A stretch of DNA of 63,803 nucleotides, the filler included, from Intoshia linei (Eukaryota; Animalia; Orthonectida), in the NCBI GenBank assembly GCA_001642005.1. It is 6 parts of 6 records of this genome, joined end to end, with 100 filler letters (N's around TTAATTAATTAA, not from the genome) between each part and the next. Parts side by side here need not be neighbours in the genome. Positions count along the whole stretch, not along the records: positions 33,484 to 55,194 come from LWCA01000628.1; 5 more parts are not named here. The stretch is one strand, 5' to 3'. Made by a program: the position numbers and the translations under genes. Numbering within the stretch: position 1 is the first letter of the stretch; each line of letters opens with the position of its first letter. Below are positions 34,268-47,100 of the stretch, piece by piece. The notes beneath the pieces were generated by a model. That model saw only the letters and a program-made list of their open reading frames with translations. It made no database searches and had not been told where the DNA came from.

Positions 34268-37200
34268 ATGAACCGAGAACAAGAACCTAATGAATCAATA
34301 AAAAAAGATAATGCCTCAAATATAAAGTCAAACAATAAACCAAATAAAAAGAAAGTTACGCTTGACATGAAAGTCGAAATTATAAAGGGGAAAAAAACCA
34401 TTTATAAAAATGTAAATATTACCACAAAATCCATCTTACACAATGTTAATACAAGAAACTACATTGACGATTACAATTATGTACAACAAGTTTCAAGATA
34501 TAATTCAATTTTCAAAAATTTGAATGACAAGGGTAGAAAAACTCCACATATTTCACGGCCGTCGTTACCTGAAGCGTAATATTATATAGTTATTGATATT
34601 AATTGTATTGATGAAATAAAAGCTGAGTATAGAGTTAATTCGAAATTAAGTACCGTTGGTAAGAATTATAATATCTAAATTGTAATTCTTATTTATATAA
34701 AGTAACTAGGTTGACTGTTATGTAACGTAATGCTACGTACAAACAACATCTAGCTATGCCGAGGAAACAAATTTAATTTTTTTCTACCAAAAAAATAAAA
34801 TCACGTTGAAAATCTAACTTAAAAATCCTAATATTCACTATTATCAATCCTATAAAGGCGTGGTTCTCAAACTTGTTTGAAGTAGATCCGTCATATGACA
34901 TTAATTAATACTTTAGAGTGAATTATTCCATCTTAATTTTTTTTTGTTAACATTTAATCAATAATATATATCAAATAATATTATAATAATATTATTTATT
35001 AGGCGACCCTGAAAATATATTAGAAATAAGATACTATTTGTAATATTAACATTTAACATTTATTTGTTTATAATAGTGGTTCCTGATTCAAATAATGTAC
35101 GGACCATTTCAAATTATTTTTTTTACCCTCAAGGTAATATGAAATTTATAAAAAATTTACAACACATAAAATTAAAGGTTTTATATCATCAGATTTGGTA
35201 AAATTGTGTTTTTCAAAACAAAATTAGATAAAGTCAATTTTTTCCTGAGGGTTTGGAATGGTATTTTTTATTAAATTTATTAATGCTGGGTAAAAGTGGG
35301 CTTTTGAAATAATAATGTAGCAATCGTCTAGGCCAGTAGTTCTGAACCCGTGTTTTTAATTTAATTGGGGTTCCGTGAAATATAAATGCAATATTTTTCA
35401 ATTTAAAGTTTTTCTAAATTACTGTTGTATGCAATGAAACAACATCATTTCCAAATATAAATTAAAAAAGGTATTATACGTTGTGAGTATAAAAACCTGA
35501 AAAATGATTTTCAAACGTAATAATAATTCAGATTATCTTTATGAGAAATATTGTAAAGAAGGTGGTTTTTACGGGCTCAACTCTTTTAAAATAATTTAAA
35601 TAAGTTACTTACCTTTTGATAATGATATTTAACTAAAAAGTTATCTCTCACGGGCCTGGATGCTTCTTCATAGTGTGAGAAAGGCAACTGGTTTTACCGG
35701 CTAAATTCAGTGTGTTTCTTTCTCCTTGTGGGGAGATGGGATCTTGGCAGCGTTATTAACTCTTCAAAAAAAGGACTTGAAAAAATTTAGGGTGTTATTT
35801 ATAAGAGTAGCATTTACCACATATAATCAAACCTCGAAGAGGGTATGATTAGGAGTTTCCAGGTAAATTATGAGTATTTAAATTTTGATGGCGAAGAAGC
35901 TATCCAAGTATAAATAAAATAGATTTTTTTTAATTAGAAAGTTATAAGAAAATTGAAATTAAAAAGCTCTTATATATATTTTAAGGACCATTCTCATTGA
36001 GAAGGAAATATACATTTCTTTATTAAAAAATTTATGTTTTCAATATTAGAAGCGTAATTTTTTTTAATTAAAAATCAAATTGTTTTATATATGCGACATG
36101 TGAAAAAAAATTTTGATCATGCTTTTAGGTGCCTCGATTTATAAATTTCATAATGGTTCCGCGCAGTAAAAAAGGTTGAGAAAACTGGTCTAGGCTTTGG
36201 AATAAAGTTCGATATATATTATTAAACCCAACCATTTTTACTAAAATCCAACTATTTTTACTTAAAATAAAAATTTACCAACCTTTAAGGGAAAAATCCC
36301 AATTTTACCAACCCTAAAAGGAAAAATTCTAGTTTTACCGACCTTTAAGGGAAAAATCCAAATTTTATATACCCTTATAGGAAAACCCACTTTTACCAAC
36401 TTTTAATAAAAAAATCGAGTTTTACTAAACCCTAAGGGAAAAACCCACTTTTACCAACCAATGAATGTATATTACTTTTTGACGACTTTTATGAGTCATA
36501 AATATTTATTCACTAATTTATTATTTTTATAAATAAGCGGATATATATTAATTCACAAACCAAATTTTGATCAATTTTTCCTAAATGTTTGACTTGTAAA
36601 GACAAATTAGATGGTTAAATTAAACTATGCTGGTAATTTTTAGCGATGTTATGTGTCAAAATGTGACAACATTAGTCAAATCACTATTGACTAACTATTA
36701 AATTAAAGTTAATATTCAAGAACATACCGAATTTTTTTTTTAAAGTTGGTAAAACTGGATTTTTCTTTTAAAGATTGGTAAAACTGGAATTTTACCTAAA
36801 AGGTTTTTAAAACCGAATTTTTCATTTTAAGGTTGGTAAAAATGGATTTTTTGTTTAAAGGTTGTTAAAACTGAATTTTTCCTATTAGTGTTGGTAAATT
36901 TTGATTTTTAGTAAAAATGGTTGGATTTAAGTAGACACCCTTTTATAATAATCTTAAACCTCAGGTTCATAATTTTTGAACCCAAGCGCAAGGGACCCAA
37001 ATTGGGAACCATTGGTTTATAAGAATGTACATTTATTAAATATTTAAGTTAGAATAATCTAATCATTGAATTCAGAGCCAAACCTACTATATCTCGAGAC
37101 TTCTTGTATATCAAAAATTGGCCCTAGAAATCTTTTCAAAGATTTAGGAAAATGAGATTTTTTCGGTACGGTCGTTTCTATTTGATATTTAGTGGTCACT

Positions 37201-37362
37201 TTTAGAAGTAAAATTAATTTACCTTAGTATAGTTTTGTTATAACATCTACAAAAGTGGTCACTTTTCGAGCGTCTACTGTAACAATAATAATTTTTAATA
37301 TTAATATTAGATCAACGACATACAAATTAGCAAAAAAGCATTACGAAGAAGATTTAAATTGA
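34268..37362 (+). CDS. Hypothetical two-exon protein (~119 aa), no recognised family
   Basis: Exon 34268-34575 (MNREQEPNESIKKDN...PHISRPSLPE-GC|gtaata) splices in phase to 37311-37362 (ttag|A TCA ACG ACA TAC...: STTYKLAKKHYEEDLN*). The intervening 2.7 kb is almost all TE-derived. Confidence 0.35.
34706..34955 (-). mobile_element. Helitron family A 3' fragment
   Basis: ctaggttgactgttatgt...tacgtacaaacaacatctagct; matches 6036 and 57982. Confidence 0.7.
35334..36187. mobile_element. hAT-type MITE nested in 35074-37014
   Basis: TIRs CAGTAGTTCTGAACC / GGTTGAGAAAACTG. Perfect TSD gtctaggc. The empty site gactaggc is visible in the 53459 copy at ~53791. Confidence 0.8.
36221..36940. mobile_element. 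Foldback (Mutator/FB-like) element with arms made of ~30-bp tandem repeats
   Basis: About 7 units of aattttaccaacctttaagggaaaaatcc at 36271-36460 and about 6 inverted units at 36740-36900. Right end ...ttaagtagacaccc. Confidence 0.7.
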
Positions 37363-37726
37363 TTATGTTTATAAAATTTTTTATGTATACTTGTAGAGTT
37401 TTATTAATAGAAATGTTTAGGAAAGGCGAATCTACATGTTTTGTGATATTGGTAACTATAATTAGATTTGATTTTGATTTATTTTTATAAGTACAGTAAA
37501 TAAATTAATAATAAATAAGGCTGTAAATAATGAACATTTGTTTTTTTTTTTATTTGTGACCATTCGGTGATAAACAAAAAATTATAACTTAAAAAAATCA
37601 AGTTCTGGCTTTGATCTATCTCAAATGAACATTTGATCCTTTAATATTAAAATACCGACTCGTAATAATTTTTTTGAAAAAATTCAACTACATTTTTAAC
37701 TATCAGTTTAAAATTATTTACTAGAT

Positions 37727-38047
37727 CAGTGCTTTCCAACCATTTTTGGTTGGCGACACATATTTAATTTTAAAAAATTTAATGACACACCAATCAAAAA
37801 AATAAACGATTGATTAATAAATATAGTTAAACCAAATTTTTTTCTAATAATAATCTGAAAATAAGCTATGTAACATTTATCATTATCAATAAAAATATCT
37901 TTGATTTGAATTTTTACGTCTTCCAATTGTATTGTCTGCTAATGAAATTTAAAAAAAAAAATTAAATAAAATTTTAAGTTTGGTGACACATCTGGAAATC
38001 ATTGGCGACACACAAAAGTGTCACGACACACCGGTTGGAAAGCACTG
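37727..38047. mobile_element. hAT-type MITE (321 bp) just upstream of DNAH6
   Basis: Perfect 15-bp TIR CAGTGCTTTCCAACC. TSD tactagat/cactaaat (6/8). Repeated gcgacaca subterminal motifs. Confidence 0.8.
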
Positions 38048-38171
38048 CACTAAATTAACAAGCCTAATTACAAAAATTTTATTTTTGTGTATGTTAATTT
38101 TAAAAAATTAATACCATGTTTATAAAATACTTGGTAAGCAACAATAAACAAACTATTATTATCTCTTAAAT

Positions 38172-41100
38172 ATGAGTACTCAAAAAATTACCTTACCGTA
38201 TATAGAGAGTTCTAAAGAAGATTCAATAATGGAGAAAAAACTGAGAGATTCAAAAGACAGTGCATTAATTGTAAAATATAGATCTAGAAAAAATTTAAAA
38301 TTCCATTGGCCAGTGAACCGGCAAAATGAAAATATTTTTAAACGAGTTCACATTGAACCACTCGTAATTTAAAATTATGCATAATTTAAAAAAATGAATT
38401 TTAAATTAGCCCTTGCTAAAAAATCATCAAAAAGTAAATTCACCAGAATACTTGAAAAATATGAAAAGGGAACCACTCGAATTAAGAAACGCAATAGATC
38501 CAACTTATCGAAAAAAGAGAGCTAAAGGTTCAATCATTAGGGATGATTTTGTTACAAGGCAATTGGTTGATGATGTTAGTGTACAAAATGCATGGGTAAT
38601 TAATTTATTCAACTTTTAAAAATACTCAATATACATTAGGCTGAAAAGGTTCAAAATACAATTAGAGACGATAGTAAACATTTTTTTTATTAGAAATGAT
38701 TTTAATTTAGACAATTCAAAATATTATGGTTTGAAGAATATGCTTGTAGTAGTGGATATCGTTAGAAATTTTAAAAATGACACATTTTTGTATCTTGTAC
38801 CAACTTGTTCACATTCAAATGTGAAATATGATTATTATAATTTAAAGTATTTTTTTACACCTTAAATTATAAAAATTATTTATAACTGTCCTATATCTAG
38901 AGTTGTAAGTTACGATAAAATTGATAAGAATAATTATTGCACTATAAGCAAACACGGAGTTTGTAGAATGAGAAAAGACGATGAAACAGAGTTTATTAAA
39001 CTTGACCGATGGGAAATAGAAATTTTAAGTTTTAATAGTTTAATAAAGGTAATTACTAGTTTATACTAATTTTTAAGAGTTAGAATAGAGTTAGTTGAAT
39101 AAATTTAAATTTAATACATTTTTTTATAGATTAAATTATTCAAACATTTTCGAATGTGGAAAGCATATACAGTTTGGAAAATTAATGTAAGACATAAAAA
39201 CACAAGAGAAGCTGCAAAATATTTAGAGGAAAATTTGTTTATTCTCAAAGACGTAATTTTCATAATTGTCACTCAACGCGACATTAAAATTAAAATTTCG
39301 AAATTATAGTATAAGTTTTGTTTTCTTCATTTTTTTCTTAACAGCAAAAAGACAACCCATTAACTTAACAAAACGAAACATTAATTAGAGACTTTTATAA
39401 TAAAAGTTTTATTGTATAAAATTTTGAATATTACTAAACAAAAAAGTTGGCATGATCAGCGCCATGTACGGTTCCAACTAGTCTAAAGTTTAAAAAATTA
39501 ATAATTGGCTCATTACCCCTTAAATTTAATATGATTTTTAAGTTTAATTTAAATTTAAAAAATTGTGACAGAAAATATTATAAAATAACTGTATTGGGTA
39601 ATTAACAATAATTTATCCAGAAAGTGCAAAAAAGTTTGAAAAAAAAGTTGAATTTATACTTAGATACTTCATTTTTTCATTTTTTGAAAAACTTAAAAGT
39701 TTCAACAATTTTACAAAACAGTTCATATAATATTACAGAACACGAGAAATTTTATATTTATGTTATATTTATATTTATACATATGTATTATATTTTAATG
39801 TTAATAAAATATTTTTTTGACCAGGAAGGCGTCACTTATTTAGATAAAATTTTTGTGTGTTAACAGGATACAACTGTACCACCTGCATATTTATTTAAAT
39901 TCTAGGGCTGTTTTCTTAAAAAAAAAAGATTAAAGGGTAAAGTGGTTTTGGCCCTGAGATATATTTTTAAATTTAAATTTATCATTTTAAAATCCGTATC
40001 AGAGTGTATATTTTTTTAAATTCTCGAACTCGTTTGATTTTCAAAAAAAAGGATAATTATGGTTTTTGACCAGTAAGGTGTGAGTTTGGGAGGTTGAAAT
40101 TTATTTTGCTATCAACCCCGGAAAAACTCTAATTAAAATGTGGACTTTATAAAATTTTAAGACTGGTAGTTATTGAAATAAACGGTAACACACACACAGA
40201 CAAACAAATATTAAAAAGCATATTATATAAGTAAGGATTACTGTCTGTGGTGAGGAAATTGTGGAGCCCTGGATTAAGCAATGGATAGAGGGTCGATTTT
40301 TTTATTTTTTATATTTGGGACTAAAATATTAATCTGAGCTGGACCCTCTTGGCTTTCCACAACCCTGTCACCTCTATACAAGGTACAAGGTTGTTTAAAA
40401 GCCATAGGAAGTGATTTATACGGTAAATTTTGATTATAAAACGGTTAAACATAACTGTTCTAGGAACGGGAGTGACTGGACGATGACAATGTTTAAAAGC
40501 GTCACCGAACCAATGATCTACATATTATTTTTTAATTTACATTTATAAATTAGTCTCTACGACCTGCTATACTAAATGTACGCGAAATGTGTTATAGAAT
40601 GAGCGATATGAGTATGTGTCAATTTGATGAATTAAAAACGTATGATTTGGATTCATTTATAGAAACACAATGCAAACAAATCTCAGCTGTTGGAGAAAGA
40701 TTGAATGAATTTCATGATTTAGTTAAGGAAGTAATACGAAGTGCTTGTAGAACTGCTCTTTTGGAAGAAGGGTTTACGCCAGATGATTATTTCTATGATA
40801 CTATTGAAAATTCCGAAGCATATAGGTCTGCAACAGCTAGTTCTAGTTACATAATGCAGAGTAATTACGATATGGACCTTTATGCTGAAGCTCCAGATAA
40901 AATGACTTATACTGAACAATCCAAAAAACGATCACACTGTCGAAGACTAACAAGGTTTCTTCAATATAATACATTTTAAAAGGGGACTTTTTTAAACTAA
41001 GCCGCATTACTTTCATAGGATCCGCCAAATATTGAGTACAATCTATGTAAAAAGTGGTGCCCATTAAAAATCAACTTGTATTTTATATAAATAAGCATGA

Positions 41101-44100
41101 TAATATTGTTTACATTTGATATAAATGCATACATTTATTAAATTTTTAGTTTTATACGTCTCATTGATTATTTAATTGTAACTACTCTTCACGTTTTGTC
41201 AGTTAATTCTATATCAATAATACTGTCACAATTAACACACCATGTTGAAAATTCTCCTAAAAAAGAAGAGATTGCAGAATGGATAGAAAAAAATGAAGAT
41301 GATACTGATATGTGTGGACCTGTTTTGTCAGAAGTAGAAAGAAATACACCAGAGTCTTCCAATGTAATTTTTTCATTTATTTATCAGCATATTGCTTAAC
41401 TTTTGTGGTTCCCAAGTTGGGTGATAACTGAAAACTGATATAGTTTTTATTTTTTTAATATTTCGAAACTCACTTTATTTATTAAAAAAGAATGGTGTGC
41501 CACAACCTTATGAATAATTAAAATATTATTATTAATGATAAAATAAATATTTATACTCTATTTAATAAATATTACTGAAAGTTCTACATGTACGTTAACC
41601 AACACACTAAAAATTAATTTAATTTTTTTTATTTACCTAATTTAATTAAATTAGACACCAAATGAAGAAAACAAGATAAATCCATTATTTATCATATCGC
41701 TTAATATGGACAAACAAGGGCAGATAACGTTTAACCCCAGTGAGTCAACTTTTCATTCACAGATGGATTCATTAATAAAAAAGTACAAAGAAGCAGTATT
41801 AAAACTAAAAAATTTGGTAGCGGATACATTTTTTGATTCTTTTACGCGTCCGATAATAAACAATAAATTTGAAGAAAAAACCTGTGGTGATGGTCCATGT
41901 CTGCCATTTATGTTTGACGATGATGTAAAATTAAACAATATTTGTACAAACATACACAACTCTATCGGAGCTGCATTTACTGCAGGATATTATTACAGTT
42001 CTACTTTTCAACCGATAGCGAAATTCTTCAGCGAAAACGAACAAAAAGACTTGAATTTAATAAAAAAACAAGACCATAACATTGATTTCTTTTCTGAATC
42101 TCTAAACATATATTACAAACAACACAAACTAGCAAATATGATTGTTCCATATAAAAATTTGGGTCTAATGCTGATTGATTCTGTGGAGGCAAAAAAGAAA
42201 ATTATACCATCTCCCCTACGTTGCATATCTGTGATAGATGAATTATTACCCGAAAAAGCTAAAAAAGACGTGGAAATATTGAATTCAGAATTGCAAGACG
42301 CAGAGTTTCGTTTGGAACAGCAACCAATCACAACTATTGATTATGTCGACAGTCTAAACTTTTTGGATGATATTCAAAAAAGAATTGAACCACTACAAAA
42401 AGAATCACACATTATTGATGATATGTACAATTTAATAAATTTTTACAAGGTTCCGAAACGAGATGTTGATTATGCAGTTTACAAAACACTTAGTGGTTCA
42501 ATTAACAAAGTATTGGGCCTAATTGATAAATCTCTTGCCGAAAGAGACCAAAATCTTGACTGTTTTTGTACTAAAATTGAAAAAGATATATTGGAACTTA
42601 CTCATGAAGTCAAAAAGGTTAAATCTGAGATTCACAATCCTCTGTTACTCGATATTAATTCAGAAAGAGAAACCATTTCCACTTCATTAAATACTATCCA
42701 AGAACAGATTGAGGAGTTCCAGGAACGTGCTTTTACGTATAAATCTTATCAAAAAAATTTTCAGGTTATTTCATTTCTTTATTATTATATGTAGTGTTAT
42801 ATACTAGTATGACGAAGCGATGAATTATGACATTATAATATATCCCTAGAAAAATTTGACGGGTCTGGAATTTATAGTTTAAATTTGACATACAAAAAGG
42901 TTTCCCATTTTACTACATGATATGGTAGGTTCATTTTTGCTCACATATATTTTGCTATAGTACATATTGCGAATATTGCGAATGTATTAAATACTTATTT
43001 ATAGGTTGAATTAACGACTTATGAAGAACTGGAAGAAGTTGATGCTGAACTGAAATTGAAACAACTACTTTGGTCTTCTCTAGATGAATGGAATAAAACT
43101 TGGGAAGAATGGATATCTGTTCCATTAAAATCTCTTGACCCAGAAAATCTAACCGAAATTACCAAAAAATTTCAAAAAACCATATATCAGGTTTATTCTA
43201 TTAAATTTCAATATAAATAAATTTTCTATTGATATTAATTGACTCACTTTCTCAAAAGGTGTACATTAGGTAGTCATTAATTTTTGGAAAATGTAGGAAA
43301 TTTTATTTAGCCAACTTTTAAAGGATTTTTTAGATGAATCTTTCTAATTTCTAAACATTTAAAGGTTAGTGTATTCAGGTAAAGATACCACTTTCATAGA
43401 TTGGCAAATTTAAACAACAATAAATAACAGTTTTAATTTTTAATAAAAAAAAAAAAATTAATCAAAAGAATGTGCTCTTAAAATTTTACTCAAAACAAAC
43501 TACTAAAATTTACTAAAATTTAAGTTTTTGCTATATGATAATTTATTGATATTATCCATTGCACATACTCGTGCGATTTATTCTTAAAGAGTTAATAAAT
43601 ATAAATAACAAATGTGATCATTAGTGTGTTACATTTTTTTTAAATTTTTAGAATTTAATGGGCGATTAGTAATCAATGTGTGTATTTTTAAAATAGAAGT
43701 ACTATGTCGCAATTGTGCGCAATTCTAATGATTAGAGCGGTTTTTTTTAACCTATAAAATAAAAAAATTGTAACTTATGAAAAAAATTGTAACTTATGAA
43801 AAAAATTATGTAACTTTATTAACCTATAAAAACTTTTCAATTAAAAAGTATAAACTTCTATTTGGCAAATGTAAATTTCTATTTGGCAATATATTTTTTG
43901 AAATTGAAGTAGTAACAAATTTAAACATGAAGAGTTTGAAAAAATTATGCAATTATTTATTGTAGTACATAATAAGGTATTTTTTAACATTGTCAGCTAA
44001 AAAATGTCTGTTTTGTAAGTAACTTCAGTAAACTGAAACTCCGTTCAACTGCAATTGATGTTGAGGGGGCATTGCGTAGAGAACGATACCATGATGGAGG

Positions 44101-47100
44101 CTTAGATTGATCAACGTTTAACATAATTCTTGTGATATCGTTGTTCTTCAATCTAGTTGTTATGTAATCATTAATATTGGCAGGGTCAGGGGAGAAATGT
44201 ATATCATTAATCACCTTGAATGCTATTTCTATTTTAAAGTTTGATTCTTGCAACATATCAATTACATCAAGTAAATATTTGTACCCAGATAATTCAATTA
44301 ATTCCTTATATACGTTTGAGTTTGATACTGCTTCCCTTGCTCTTTTCACAATAATTCCGTTACCAGTTATATTTTCAACTATATCTTTTACAACATTGAA
44401 ATTATCAATATAATAAACACTAGCTTTAAGCCAGCTACCCCATCTAGTAATAATGGCTCGAGGTGGATATCCAATATTATGGAATAACCCTTTGAATGTC
44501 TTTATTTTTGAGAATTAAAAATTTTATTGTTGATATTAATTGATTGACATTTTCATATTTTTGCCTCAGTCGCATGCAACAATTGTGAATCAAATGGTTT
44601 GTGCAGGTAACGTGAAAAAAATTGAAATAAATCATTTTTAATTGGTTTGTAACTGATGTATTGTATCTAAAAATAAAATATATGAAGAGCAACAATGTTC
44701 GTTAATAATAAAAAATAAATAAACTGTATTCAGAAAAGATATTTTTTACTGCTATTCTCACAGATGAAAAATAAATTAAATACCGTGCGGCATCCGTTAT
44801 AAACAGTTGAAACTGATTCCGGTGTACATTGAGTTGTTGAAAAGTATCATAGACTGAATGTATAACCATTTTACCATTCATGTTTGCATTGATAATCTTA
44901 CAATCATATATCGTTATTAAATTTCCTTTTTATTTCCATTTGCTTTGACATCACATTTGATCTGGCAACCTTGCTGTTCTTCATTGGATTAACACTAAAT
45001 CCTTTAAATTCCATTAACTCTTTAAAGGTAATCCTATATTTAAATGTGAGCGAACCACTGTATTATGTATCAACTCTATAAGTAGTATTTTTGTATTACT
45101 GTGAGATGTAGTTTTATAATCGAAAAGTATCGAAAAAGTCATTCAAAGCATTTGTTATATTTATGTCTTTTTTTACAGCGATTTTTAATCTTTGAGTGTT
45201 TTGTTAAATAGCTCAGTTTGCCCATTAGATTGCGGGTGATAGTTTGCTGTTCTAGCATTTTTTATTAGTAATTTTTTTAAGAACAATTGAAATTCACATG
45301 ATGTGAATTGAACACCGTTATCCGTTATTATTTTGTGTGGAAGTCTTTCACGAGCGAAGATTTCACGTAAAAATTTAATGGCATTTTCGCTTGTTTGAAC
45401 ATTGATGAATTTAACTTTCGGCCACTTAGAAAATAGATCAACTACCACGATGGCGTGCTTTTCTTTAATTTTTGAAAATTTAATTTTTGATACCCCCAAC
45501 TCATTATAAATATATTTTAACTCTTTATTTTTATTATATAAAAATTTACCTCTAATAAATTTCTGTTTTCTACTGCGACACCATTGAGCAAAATGACCCC
45601 GTTTTTTGCAATTAAAACATTCAACTGGTTTTGCAGGGCAATTGTGATCACTCGAATTTTTAACTTTACCGTAAGAACCGCATTTATGTGCAACAATTTT
45701 ATCAACATTGTAAATATTTGCACCTTTCAATTTTTACATATTTCTTTCGTTATTTCCACCGTTAAAATTTTTTGAATTATAAGACGACTTTCTAGCTCTA
45801 CGTCGTTGCATCCAAAAACAATTTTATCGCGTATCAGGTTTTCTTTTTTATTAAAATCGCATTTTGCATAAATTCCATACATCTTTTCAAATTTCAAATA
45901 TCATGATAATACACCATTTCCGCACTAATCGCCCTTAATTTTTTGATGAATGTGACACCTTAGTGATTAAAGAGCCTTCGCTCTTTAATGACCCATATAA
46001 TTCTTGAAAATTTTCCAATGTTAATTATAATAGTGAATATTTAAAATTTTAGTTGGAGAAAGGATTACCTCCAAATAGTGTTGTTCCTCATCTGAAAGGA
46101 CTTGTTGAAAATGTAATCTTCCTTGTAAAATATTATTCAACATTTTAGATGAGAGATAAATTAACAACAATTGCAAATTTGGTCAATCCGGCATTACGAG
46201 ACAGACACATTGAATCAATTGAAACGGTTTTAGAATATAATTTTACCGAAGAAGACCCAATGACTCTTTCAAAACTTATTGACATTGATGCATTTGATTT
46301 GTCTGAAAGTATTAATGAAATTTCGGGACAGGCTAGTTCGGAAGCCAGTTTAGAAATGTTACTTAAAAAGGTAATATAAAATATGATTTAGTCCAATTTT
46401 TTAGGTTAAAAATTCTTGGAAAACATGCGAATTTAATGTTTTACCGTTTCGGGATACTAAAGATGTGTACATCTTGGGTGGGGTAGATGATATTCAAATG
46501 ATTTTAGAAAACAGCAATATAGCAATATCGACCATTGCATCATCCAGACATGTTGGTCCCATAAAACACGAGGTAGACGACTGGATATTACAATTGGATT
46601 TATTCTCACATACTGTCGATGGTATTATAAATAATTACAATGTATACTTGAATTTAGAATGGTTAATTTGTCAACGAAATTGGTTATACTTGGAGAGCAT
46701 TTTTTCGGCACCAGATATACAACGTCAATTACCTGCTGAATCAAAAATGTTTATCACAGTTGACAAATCTTATAAATTAATAATGAAAAAACTTAATAAA
46801 ATGCCGTTAGCTCTGAGATCTGGCACACAGCCTGGATTGCTAAACACGTTACAAAATAATAACATGCTGCTGGACCAAATATTGAAATGTTTGGAGGCAT
46901 ATCTTGAATCAAAACGAATGATTTTCTCACGTTTCTATTTTTTGTCTAATGATGAACTTTTGGAAATTTTGGCACAAACTCGTAATCCCATGGCTGTGCA
47001 GCCACATTTACGAAAATGCTTTGATGCAATTTCTAAATTAGAATTCGGAGTCTTACCGAAATCGACACCATTAAATGTAGACGGGTTAACCACAGATTTC

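Larger units (their letters stand above)
35074..37014. mobile_element. hAT-type MITE carrying two nested insertions
   Basis: TIRs TAGTGGTTCCTGATT / AATTGGGAACCATTG. Perfect 8-bp TSD gtttataa on both sides. Uninterrupted relative at 53459-53956. Confidence 0.8.
43733..45927 (-). mobile_element. Composite hAT element (CGGBP1/DUF659-like clade) containing a Gypsy fragment, in DNAH6 intron 10
   Basis: Ends TAGAGCGG (43733) and TTCCGCACTA (45927). The 43733 end is repeated at ~63250 (tagtgcggaatatttttaacctataaaat). No TSD readable. Confidence 0.55.

Noticed and set aside
36271-36900. Regular ~30-bp repeats as a CRISPR array
   Set aside because: Units are directly adjacent with no unique spacers, form inverted arms, and sit in a eukaryotic intron/TE context with no cas genes.
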